A stretch of DNA of 14,361 nt from Tubiluchus corallicola (taxonomy: Eukaryota; Animalia; Priapulida), in contig JAQGDQ010002118.1 in the NCBI GenBank assembly GCA_030141605.1, positions 1 to 14,361 of the forward strand, given 5' to 3'. Positions within the stretch are counted from its first letter, which is position 1; every line of letters starts with the position of its first letter. The position numbers and the translations under genes are program-made. The notes below the pieces were generated by a model, which saw only the letters and a program-made list of their open reading frames with translations, made no database searches and was not told where the DNA came from. Below, piece after piece: positions 1-10,518 of the stretch.

Positions 1-46
1 TTCATGCTCTGTGTTTTTTTTTGTAAAAAAAGGTGATAAATAAAGA

Positions 47-53
47 TACTTAA

Positions 54-95
<42 letters not shown>

Positions 96-155
96 GCTTG
101 CTTGCTTGCTTGCTTGCTTGTGTGCTTGCTTGCTTGCTTGCTTGCTTATTTACTT
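47..155 (+). repeat. (TTAC)n grading into (TTGC)n microsatellite, preceded by AATAAA at 39-44
   Basis: Directly visible tetranucleotide runs. AATAAA followed by a short-unit tail is typical of non-LTR retrotransposon 3' ends (inference). Confidence 0.9.
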
Positions 156-266
156 TAGATGTTTGAAGTATAAAAGCAAATGTTCAAAACCTGCTGATTT
201 TCTATGATATGCCACCGTGCTATACAAAGCATGTTAAAAAGTTAATTTGCTGAGACCATTGCTTAC

Positions 267-375
267 ACTATCCAATGAAGGGTAAATTTTCCAGGTAAGC
301 ATCTTTTCAAAAGCATCCAGAATACTTGGAGTTCCAAAATTCAGGTCTGGATGACCGTATGACCCTTTGCGATCT
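267..375 (-). CDS. Candidate internal coding exon (109 nt, phase 2 to 0): DRKGSYGHPDLNFGTPSILDAFEKMLTWKIYPSLDS
   Basis: The minus strand reads atttcattttcctag|AGATCGC...GGATAGT|gtaagc: pyrimidine-rich acceptor, consensus donor and an open frame. Its phase is compatible with the candidate exon at 2967-3064. Confidence 0.6.
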
Positions 376-1279
376 CTAGGAAAATGAAATTTTGGGCATC
401 CATTTTATTTTTAGCAACATTTACATGGCTTGAAGTAAACAGATTGTAAATTCTTTAGATGAACTAAAATAGTTATCTTGTGTTTGTCAATAAAAATATT
501 CTTTAAGAAATACTGCTGTTTCACTATTTGTTCCAAAATATTTTTGGTTAAAAAGTGTTTTTTCACTACGCTACAAGGCGTAATGAATTGTTTTCAGAAA
601 ACAGTTTCCACGTTTGAGTTAGTAAACTAGTTCTGGATAATGTATTTTTAGCAAAAAAAATTGCAAATAAAGCGGTTAGTTAAAAAAACTTCAATATGAT
701 CAAATTGTCAATTATTCATTCAGTTCTTGTTAAGTACGGAAGCCATGTAGTAAACGTCACTTTTATGTTTTGAACGGCAATTTGGCTGCACTAAAAGATG
801 TAATTTGTGGTTCACATGATAGTTTACTACAAGGCTGCACTCTGGTGCCATTATTATGTAAACGAACGTCATACATTTTGCTATCGTTAAACTTTAAACT
901 ATCAACATGACGACATTTTATACGTGATATAAATTCTGAACCTGCCAAAAAAACTCTGTTTACAAGCGACTTCAATCCAAACTTGGTCAAACAAGCTATT
1001 AAAAAGGAGATTTACCATGCTTGGCACGACACCGTGCTAATCATTTCGTCTGGTTGCCCAATTTGCTATGCATGTGTGCTCCAGAAATCGTTCGCCGTGA
1101 AAATCAATAACACATGAATTTTTTAATGTCAGTAGAATGGACTTGTTTGCAAATAGAAAAGAAGCGTTCAGCAACTATTAGAGTAGGTTTTAGATTTTAT
1201 TTGCACTGCTAGCTGTTGCGTGTTCTTCTAGTATTCTTCAACAGAAACTGATTGAAAGCCACTGGTGGCAGTTTTCTCA

Positions 1280-2020
<741 letters not shown>

Positions 2021-2104
2021 AAATCTGTCATATTTTAAAGAGTGAATGAAGTAACACAAAGAGATGCGTCTCTTTTCTCCGCTATTTGCGGGTTAAGTGG
2101 GTTT

Positions 2105-2950
2105 TTATTTAATCAAGTTTGTGTCTCAGTTGGAAGGCCAATCATAATCAATAGCTTCTCAAATGGAAGGCAGTTGATAATCAAATGCTCCTCAAATAAA
2201 ATGCTACTGATGCTCGTGTGTTTCTCGGTTGGAAATACATTGATATTCTGGTGGAAGGCCATTGATAATCAAATGCTTCTCAATTGGAAGGCTGTTGATG
2301 ATCAAGTATTTCTCATTTGAAATGCCCCTAATAATTACCTGCTTCTCGGTTAGGAAGTGTTGACAATTAATTGTTTCTTAGCTGAAAGGCAGTTGATAAT
2401 CAAATAATTTTAAGTTGGGAAGATTGTTGATAATCAAATACTTCTCAGTTGGATGCCATTAATAATCAAGTGCTTCTCAATTAGAAAGTTGTTGATAATC
2501 AATAGCTTCTTAATTGTGAGGCAGTTGATAATGAAATACATCTCAATTGCTTCTCAATTCTCAATTCTCGTTGATAACCAATTGCTCCTTAACTGGGAGG
2601 CAGTTGATAATCAAATAATTTTAAGTTGGAAGATTGTTGATTATCAAATACTTCTCAGTTGGATGTCGTTAATAATCCCAAGTGCTTCTTAATTTGAAGG
2701 TCAATAATAATCAAGTGCTTCTCAATTAGAAGGTCGTTGATAATCAATATCATCTTAATTGGAAGCAGTTGATTATCAAGCACTTCTCAGTTCAAGGGCC
2801 ATTAATAATCAAGTGCTTCTCAATACGAAGGTCGTTGATAATCAATTGCTTCTTAATTGGAAGCAGCTGTTGATCAAATACGTCTCAGAAGAAGTGCCGT
2901 TGATAAGCAAGTGCTTCTCAATTGAATGGTCACATGCTTCTCATTTGAAA
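2105..2950. repeat. Degenerate 33-bp minisatellite, about 25 copies, consensus ~TTCTCAATTGGAAGGCAGTTGATAATCAAGTGC
   Basis: GGAAGG recurs at 2132 and 2165 (33-bp period), and the TTGATAATCAA core recurs throughout. Copies are diverged and carry indels. Confidence 0.88.
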
Positions 2951-2966
2951 GAGCATCTAAGATAAC

Positions 2967-3064
2967 CTGCTCCGTTTGCCAACAAAAAATTGGCCTTTTA
3001 CATGCACCTGTATCACCCTGCACGGTGGTGCAGAACTTATCCACCACCCTGTAGTTATCATGTC
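2967..3064 (-). CDS. Candidate internal coding exon (98 nt): DMITTGWWISSAPPCRVIQVHVKGQFFVGKRS(R) in phase 0 to 2, or (G)HDNYRVVDKFCTTVQGDTGACKRPIFCWQTEQ in phase 1 to 0
   Basis: The minus strand reads tgtttgttag|GACATG...GGAGCAG|gttatc, with two frames open. The phase 0 to 2 reading splices in frame to 267-375. Confidence 0.5.
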
Positions 3065-3569
3065 CTAACAAACATCACGTGCACATGCTGACTTAACTTA
3101 ATATTCCTGTCATCTATAATGATGTTTGCCCATAATAAATAGTGGACTGAATCATTTAGAATGCTGAAGCCTCCAAGTCTTAAACAAACAGAGTCATTGT
3201 CCACAATGTGCCACTGGCTTCTATACAGTAACTTTATCTGTTGTGCGAAATTGAGCCAAATTAGACCTCGTGTTGCGACTTCACTATGACAAACAGCGTA
3301 TGTCCGGATTACTAAATATCACAGGGAACCACGGGAGACATCGGAAGGTTATCAAATTCGGTGAAAGGACGAAGAGGGGGAGCAATTTCTGTAGATTGTT
3401 GGCTTCCCACTATTAACTAATTGTTCTAAAGGTCATAACATAATAAATGAAGCCAGAAAATGCTTCCTACTTAGAGGTGCTTAGAACATTAGAGGAGATA
3501 TCAATTCTCATCAGCGAGTATGGCTTCTCTAAGTGCCAGCACTGCTTGCCCATGTTCTTTGCTTGCTTG

Positions 3570-3670
3570 GATGGGTGATTGGTTGGTTGGCCGGTTGTTT
3601 AGTTGGTTGATTTAGATTTTTTTATTGAATTAAACTGAAATGAATTGAATCGAATCAAATCTAATTAAAT
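3570..3670. repeat. Degenerate (TTGG)n then (AATTG)n low-complexity stretch
   Basis: ggttggttggccggttg... and gaattaaactgaaatgaattgaatcgaatc are visible. Confidence 0.6.
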
Positions 3671-3919
3671 GAGTCCTTTCGCGGTTTCGTTGTGCGCACG
3701 CGCAGTTGCTACGGTTCAAGGGTTAAGTATACCACAACAACGAGTCTCAACTACATCCTTCACGTGATGTGTGGGTAAAGCAAAGGCGTCTTAGGCAGGA
3801 GTTCAGTAACTTCGGTTGTTTTAGGTAGACTTTTCTTAATTATGGATCAGTAGTGATTTACTAGCAGGGTTTTGCATGTGAACAAGAAAAAGTGAACTAG
3901 GTAAGGTTCTCGCTAGCTG

Positions 3920-4710
3920 TTGAAACCGTTACTATTACAATAGCATGAGCTACGATGCGTTGTCTAGTGTACGCAAATGCGTTGTTGCTACACTTAACCT
4001 TTGACATTTTCATGATCATCATCAATCACTGAAACTGTGAAAAGGCTTACTGGATTAAATTGAATTGAACTCAATTAAATTGAATGAATTGAATTTAATT
4101 GAACTGAATTGAATTGAATTGGTTTGAAACCTTTACTATTACAATAGCATGAGCTACGAGGCATTGTCTAGTGTACACAAATGCGTTGTTGCTACACTTA
4201 ACCTTTGACTTTTTCATGATCATCATCAATCACTGAAACTGTGAAAAGGCTTACTGGATTAAATTGAATTGAACTCAATGAATGAAATGAATTGAATTGA
4301 ATTGAATTGAACTGAATTGAATTGAATTGAATTGAATTGAATTGAATTGAATTGAATTGAATTGAATTGAATTGAATTGAATTGAATTGAATTGAATTGA
4401 ATTGAATTGAATTGAATTGAATTGAATTGAATTGAATTGAATTGAATTGAATTGAATTGAATTGAACTGAACTGAATTGAATTGAATTGGTTTGAAACCT
4501 TTACTATTACAATAGCATAAGCTACGAGGCGTTGTCTAGTGTACACAAATGCGTTGTTGCTACACTTAACCTTTGACTTTTTCATGATCATCATCAATCA
4601 CTGAAACTGTGAAAGGGCTTACTGAAATGAATTGAATTGAACTGAATTAAACTGAATGAACTGAATTGAATTGAATTGAATTAAATTGAAATGAATTGAG
4701 TTGAACTGAA
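3920..4710 (+). repeat. Three tandem copies of a ~135-bp unit (starts 3920, 4124, 4492), each followed by an (AATTG)n tract of different length
   Basis: The unit TTGAAACC.TTACTATTACAATAGCAT...GAAACTGTGAAA.GGCTTACTG occurs three times with few substitutions. Pentamer tracts lie at ~4055-4120, ~4259-4488 and ~4626-4710. Confidence 0.95.
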
Positions 4711-6305
4711 GTATAAAGACATGTGAGCAAAAATAAAGAGGAATATTGGACAGATGGATTGTCCATATGCTTGGTCTACCTGATGATAGTCCAGTGAAAG
4801 TAGTTCTTCAACAAGCAACAGAACCAGCCAGAATACCTGCCCAAGAACAGATTTCAACGTAGTTAGATTTTGCACAGAAAGAAAAATTTAAACACTTCAT
4901 CACTAACCCATAGAAATAAAAACACTTGGTCCATTGCAGAGAGTAAGGAGTTCTGACCCGTAGAAGTTAACAGAATGGCGTTTCTTTAGAAATAGAAACA
5001 CTTGGTCCATTGCAGAGAGTAAGGAGTTCTGACCCGTAGAAGTTAACAGAATCGCGTTTCTTTAGAAATAGAAACACTTGGTCCATTGCAGAGAGTAAGG
5101 AGTTCTGACCCGTAGAAGTTAACAGAATCGTGTTCCCTTAGAAATAGAAACACTTGGTCCATTGCAGAGAGTAAGGAGTTCTGACACGTTGAAGTTAACA
5201 GAATCGTGTTCCCTTAGAAATAGAAACACTTGGTCCATTGCAGAGAGTAAGGAGTTCTGACCCGTAGAAGTTGACTGAATCGTGTTCCCTTAGAAATAGA
5301 AACACTTGGTCCATTGCAGAGAGTAAGGAGTTCTGACCCGAAGAAGTTAACAGAATCGCGTTCCCTTAGAAATAGAAACACTTGGTCCATTGCAGAGAGT
5401 AAGGTGTTCTGATGCGAAGAAGTTAACAGAATCGCGTTCCCTTAGAAATAGAAACACTTGGTCCATTGCAGAGAGTATGGAGTTCTGACATGAAGAAGTT
5501 AACAGAATCGTGTTCCCTTAGAAATAGAAACACTTGGTCCATTGCAGAGAGTAAGGAGTTCTGACACGAAGAAGTTAACAGAATTGAGTTCCCTTAGAAA
5601 TAGAAACACTTGGTCCATTGCAGAGAGTAAGGAGTTCTGACCCGTAGAAGTTAACAGAGTCGTGTTCCCTTAGAAATAGAAACACTTGGTCCATTGCAGA
5701 GAGTAAGGAGTTCTGACCCGAAGAAGTTAACAGAATCGCGTTTCCTTAGAAATAGAAACACTTGGTCCATTGCAGAGAGTAAGGTGTTCTGATGCGAAGA
5801 AGTTAACAGAATCGCGTTCCCTTAGAAATAGAAACACTTGGTCCATTGCAGAGAGTATGGAGTTCTGACATGAAGAAGTTAACAGAATCGTGTTCCCTTA
5901 GAAATAGAAACACTTGGTCCATTGCAGAGAGTAAGGAGTTCTGACACGAAGAAGTTAACAGAATTGAGTTCCCTTAGAAATAGAAACACTTGGTCCATTG
6001 CAGAGAGTAAGGAGTTCTGACCCGTAGAAGTTGACTGAATCGTGTTCCCTTAGAAATAGAAACACTTGGTCCATTGCAGAGAGTAAGGAGTTCTGACCCG
6101 AAGAAGTTAACAGAATCGCGTTTCCTTAGAAATAGAAACACTTGGTCCATTGCAGAGAGTAAGGAGTTCTGACCCGTAGAAGTTAACAGAATCGCGTTCC
6201 CTTAGAAATGGAAACACTTGGTCCATTGCAGAGAGTAAGGAGTTCTGACCAGAAGAAGTTAACGGAATGTTCCTCTACGTGTCATTCAGCGGATGGGAGG
6301 AATTG
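4711..6305 (+). mobile_element. Decayed 3' end of an RTE-like non-LTR retrotransposon ORF, interrupted by the 76-bp array
   Basis: From 4752 the frame reads RWIVHMLGLPDDSPVKVVLQQATEPARIPAQEQIST*LDFAQKE and, after a frameshift, NTWSIAESKEF*PVEVNRM. This follows the RTE C-terminal pattern RWxGHxxRxP...PxxxL...RPxGRPxxTWxD...AxDRxxW. Both stops (TAG, TGA) are one base from TGG at the expected Trp positions. Family assignment is from recalled motifs. Confidence 0.6.
4911..6268. repeat. 76-bp minisatellite, 18 copies, with a 5-unit (380-bp) higher-order repeat
   Basis: TTGGTCCATT occurs at 4926, 5002, 5078 ... 6218 with an exact 76-bp period. Consensus TAGAAATAGAAACACTTGGTCCATTGCAGAGAGTAAGGAGTTCTGACCCGTAGAAGTTAACAGAATCGCGTTCCCT. 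Confidence 0.98.
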
Positions 6306-6430
6306 GTGTGAAGCCAAGTTGTGTAGGCGTTGTGGGATTCATTCACACACAACTGTAATGTCTTCTATTCTAACAGGTGGTTTGCTGATGTTATTTTATG
6401 ATAACATTTTGCAAGTTTCGCTTGTTTTAC

Positions 6431-6890
6431 GACAATTGCGTGCGCGCAGTTTTACATTTTACATTCAGTTTTAGTGCCTTTCGTGATTTTGTTATCATGC
6501 CAGACCTAACTGGAAATGTTCACTGAAATTTTAAACCCCCGTGGAATTACAACTGTCGCCGTCGTCATCATCGTCATCGTCATCGTTATAGACATTTTAT
6601 TCGTCTTTGTTTTTGCTATTGCCATCATCATCATCATCATCACATTCATCATCGTCATCGTTATAGCCATTTTTTTCGTCTTCGTTTTTGCCATTGCCAT
6701 TATCATCATCATCATCATCATCGTCGTGCTCGTTATCGTCGTCGTCGTCGTAGTCGTCATCATCATCACCACCATTATTGCTGTCATTACCATCATTATC
6801 ATCTTCATGATCATCGTCGTCGTCGTCTTTATCATCGAGATCATCGTCATCATCATTATCACTACCGTCACCGTCGTCACCATCATCGTC
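6431..6890 (+). repeat. Dispersed repeat copy 1: ~125-bp unique head plus (CAT/CGT)n trinucleotide tail
   Basis: CATTCAGTTTTAGTGCCTTTCGTGATTTTG...CTGAAATTTTAAACCCC.GTGGAATTACAACTGTCGCCGTCGTCATC is shared with 8137-8449. Confidence 0.92.
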
Positions 6891-7309
6891 CTACGATGTA
6901 GTCCTTATTATACGAATAACACTTGCATTTGTATTCGTCATTTTCATTAATGCTGCTGAGTAACACATGTATTTGTATTCCCCATATCCGTCGTAATGCT
7001 ATTGTTGCTATATAAATTGCTAACATAGCTCATCGGAAGAATCATGTCAAATAAGTTTCGATCGAAACTCCTGGGTTCTGTGTCGCAAGCAGATTACTCT
7101 CTGGGGGCAGAACAATGTTAGCTGAAATTCGAATAAGTTTATTGATTTGTGGGACGAGACATGAGTTCTGAAGAGGCAAAATTTGATTAGGAGATTGATG
7201 AAAGTATTATAGGAGAAGACAGCAATGGCCAATGGTCATTATTAGTTCATGCTGTTGTTGCTTGCCTTGTAGTGAAGAGTGGGTTTTGCTCATGCGGTTT
7301 TATCAACAT

Positions 7310-7363
7310 GAGGAGGGGTGGGAAGAGAAAGAGGGAGGGAAAGAGAAGAGAGAGAGAGAGACA

Positions 7364-7407
<44 letters not shown>

Positions 7408-7826
7408 AAGAGGAGAGGAGAGGAGAGGAGAGGAGAGGAGAGGAGAGGAGAGAGAAGGAGAGGAGAGAGAGAGAGAGGAGAGGGAGAGGAGAGAGAGGGA
7501 GGAGGGAGAGGAGAGGGAGAGGAGAGGAGAGGAGAGGAGAGGAGAGGAGAGGAGAGGAGAGGAGAGGAGAGAAGAGAAGAGAAGAGAAGAGAAGAGAAGA
7601 GAAGAGAAGAGAAGAGAAGAGAAGAGAAGAGAAGAGAAGAGAAGAGAAGAGAAGAGAAGAGAAGAGAAGAGAAGAGAAGAGAAGAGAAGAGAAGAGAAGA
7701 GAAGAGAAGAGAAGAGAAGAGAAGAGAAGAGAAGACAAAGAGAAAGACAAAGAGATGCACCGGGAGAGTAAGAAAGAGGAAGAGTGAGAAAAGGAGACAC
7801 AGAGATGGACAGAGAAAGTGAGAGAG

Positions 7827-7890
<64 letters not shown>
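7310..7890. repeat. Polypurine tract: (GA)n, (GAGGA)n, (GAGAA)n, (GA)n
   Basis: Directly visible. It is the source of the ER/EEKRR/SSLLF ORFs. Confidence 0.98.
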
Positions 7891-7892
<2 letters not shown>

Positions 7893-8136
7893 CAAATCGA
7901 ACTTGATCATTTCCTTCGGTTTTTTTCTTTCCAGTTTTTCTTAAAAGGTCACTGTATTGTGCCCTAGCCAACTATATAATATAACACGAGTACACGAGTA
8001 CACTATTTCTACTGATCATACTTTGAATTTAAGCGACACTAGATCTGGATGGAAAACAGAATGATGACCCCAAGAAACTGCTGGTTAGTTTCATACTGTC
8101 TCAGCCTGTTTACTTGTTGAGTTGAGGGCCACATGT

Positions 8137-8449
8137 GACAATTGCAGTTTTTCATTTTCCATTCAGTTTTAGTGCCTTTCGTGATTTTGCCAGGCCTACG
8201 CTGGAAATCTTCACTGAAATTTTAAACCCCTGTGGAATTACAACTGTCGCCGTCGTCATCATCGTCATCGTCATCGTTATACTCATTTTATTCGTCTTTG
8301 TTTTTGCCATTGCCATCATCATCATCATCACATTCATCATTGTCGTCGTCGTCGTCATCATTATCATCATCATTATCATCATCATCACCATCATTGCTGC
8401 CATTACCGTCATTATCATCATCACTATCATCATCATCATCATCGTCGTC
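8137..8449 (+). repeat. Dispersed repeat copy 2 (direct orientation to 6431-6890)
   Basis: Same head, and the same interruptions within the trinucleotide tail (CATTTTATTCGTCTTTGTTTTTGC.ATTGCC, CACATTCATC). Confidence 0.92.
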
Positions 8450-8486
8450 CCCACATATATTTGGCCGTTTCAGAGATTATCCTTAC

Positions 8487-8624
8487 AATAAGTAGCTAGG
8501 TTCAGATCTCGCCACAGTCATCCATTGTTGTAGAGATTCTCCATCGTTGTCCAGCAAATCGTATAAAAAATTCCTGTGTATTTTCAAAGTTTGCCCAAGA
8601 TAAATCGCAGTCAAATTAAAATAC
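8487..8624 (-). CDS. Candidate internal coding exon (138 nt, phase 2 to 2): YFNLTAIYLGQTLKIHRNFLYDLLDNDGESLQQWMTVARSEPSYL; alternative in-frame acceptor at 8654
   Basis: The minus strand reads gtctttacgctcag|GTATTT...TACTTATT|gtaagg. The stop of ORF 8483..8674 falls within the GTAAG donor, and the peptide is non-repetitive and globular-looking. Confidence 0.55.
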
Positions 8625-9010
8625 CTGAGCGTAAAGACATTATTCTCACTATACCTGAGTAAATGAGCTTTCACGGTTAAATGGCTTCCCAGCTTTACGT
8701 GGCTTCAAACACAAAAGGGGCTTAAGTAATTAAGGTGCGAATAGCTTTATCGATCCGTTCATCCATCCACCCCTTTCATGTTCAGAGCTCTCTCCGTAGC
8801 TGGTCATTTGTCTCCGAGCGTGCCGATAAGAAATTTCGCCCCGATGAAGATGAATCACCGTCACGGGGTGTTTTTACCTTATTAGGATCCTGGCGCCACC
8901 TACCGAGAAGTATTTCCGCCATAACAAATTTCGTTTGCAACGTAACTTAGTATCGTCAGCACGTACGCACGAATCCCGCGGAACCCCGGTGGGAAAGCTA
9001 ATTCTGTTTC

Positions 9011-10115
9011 TTCTCAGAGAAAAGTGGATAAATACATGTCTTTTGCCTGCAGATTCTCAGAGAAAATGAGGAAAAAATGGAGAGATATTGACATGTCTTT
9101 TGCTGCAGATTCTCAGAGAAAGTAAGGAAAAAATAGAGAGATATTGACATGTCTTTTGCTTGCAGATTCTCAGAGAAAGTGAGGAAAAAATGGAGAGATA
9201 TTGACATGTCTTCTGCTTGCAGATTCTCAGAGAAAATGAGGAAAAAATGGAGAGATATTGTCATGTCTTTTGCTTGCAGATTCTCAGAGAAAATGAGGAA
9301 AAAATGGAGAGATATTGACATGTCTTTTGCTTGCAGATTCTCAGAGACAGTAAGGAAAAAATGGAGAGATATTCACATGTCTTTTGCTTGCAGATTCTCA
9401 GAGAAAGTAAGGAAAAAATGGAGAGATATTGACATGTCTTTTGCTTGCAGATTCTCAGAGAAAGTAAGGAAAAAATGGAGAGATATTGACATGTCTTTTG
9501 CTTGCAGATTCTCAGAGAAAGTAAGGAAAAAATGCAGAGATACTGACATGTCTTTTGCTTGCAGATTCTCGGAGAAAGTAAGGAAAAAATGGAGAGATAT
9601 TGACATGTCTTTTGCTTGCAGATTCTCAGAGGAAGTAAGGAAAAAATGGAGAGATACTGACATGTCTTTTGCTTGCAGATTCTCAGAGGAAGTAAGGAAA
9701 AAATGGAGAGATATTGACATGTCTTTTGCTTGCAGATTCTCAGAGAAAGTAAGGAAAAAATGGAGAGATATTGTCATGTCTTTTGCTTGCAGATTCTCAG
9801 AGGAAGTAAGGAAAAAATGGAGAGATATTGACATGTCTTTTGCTTGCAGATTCTCAGAGGAAGTAAGGAAAAAATGGAGGGATATTGACATGTCTTTTGC
9901 TTGCAGATTCTCAGAGGAAGTAAGGAAAAAATACAGAGAAATTGACATGTCTTTTGCTTGCAGATTCTCAGAGGAAGTAAGGAAAAAACGGAGAGATATT
10001 GACATGCCTTTTGCTTGCAGATTCGCAGAGGAAGTAAGGAAAAAATGGAGAGATATTGACATGTCTTTTGCTTGCAGATTCTCAGAGGAAGTAAGGAAAA
10101 AATGGAGAGATATTG
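9011..10115. repeat. 57-bp minisatellite, 19 full copies plus a partial copy
   Basis: Unit GACATGTCTTTTGCTTGCAGATTCTCAGAGAAAGTAAGGAAAAAATGGAGAGATATT. ACATG occurs at 9034, 9091, 9147 (one 56-bp unit), then units continue every 57 bp to 10059. Confidence 0.98.
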
Positions 10116-10249
10116 TTGTGTTAATAATTTTTGTAGAAAGAGATGGAAATGTTAGTTTAATCAAGATTTGGAGAAAATAAGGATAATGTTTATCTCAAAA
10201 TGAAAATGTAAATAACGTCGAAACGAATTTACCTCATTGTCCATTCTTC

Positions 10250-10251
<2 letters not shown>

Positions 10252-10294
<43 letters not shown>
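10252..10294. repeat. (CA)n microsatellite
   Basis: Directly visible. Confidence 0.97.
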
Positions 10295-10296
<2 letters not shown>

Positions 10297-10518
10297 CTCC
10301 CTACCACTACCATAGCAAACGACAGCGTTTCCTGAATGCCATTTAATTCTGCCAGGCAACGGATTCTTAGCCAATTAGGTAGCTAACAATCTAGTTAGCT
10401 TGTAGATTTCACTACTATGCCACTCGTTAGTTGCACTGATTCTGCTCTCTGATGCAGACAAGTTGAATGTCAGACCTGTTAGGCCATGTGAATGTTCGCT
10501 GCGTTCCAAAGGTCGCGT

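Noticed and set aside
763-990. 75-aa ORF
   Set aside because: Non-ATG start, no recognisable motif and no clean splice boundaries.
4911-6268. CRISPR-like array (conserved ~45 bp plus variable ~30 bp)
   Set aside because: The variable parts are homologous to each other rather than unique spacers, there are no cas genes, and the context is eukaryotic.
8022-8044. 23-nt minus-strand microexon (ttttccatccag|...|gtatga)
   Set aside because: It contains a stop in the phase required after exon 8487-8624 and is too short to support otherwise.
6506-8495. Poly-Ile/Met/Ser and ER/SL-rich ORFs
   Set aside because: Translations of trinucleotide and GA-type repeats.
9149-10180. 343-aa repeat protein gene
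   Set aside because: It is a translation of a 57-bp tandem repeat that is also open antisense, a frameshifted unit lies upstream, and there is no unique domain.
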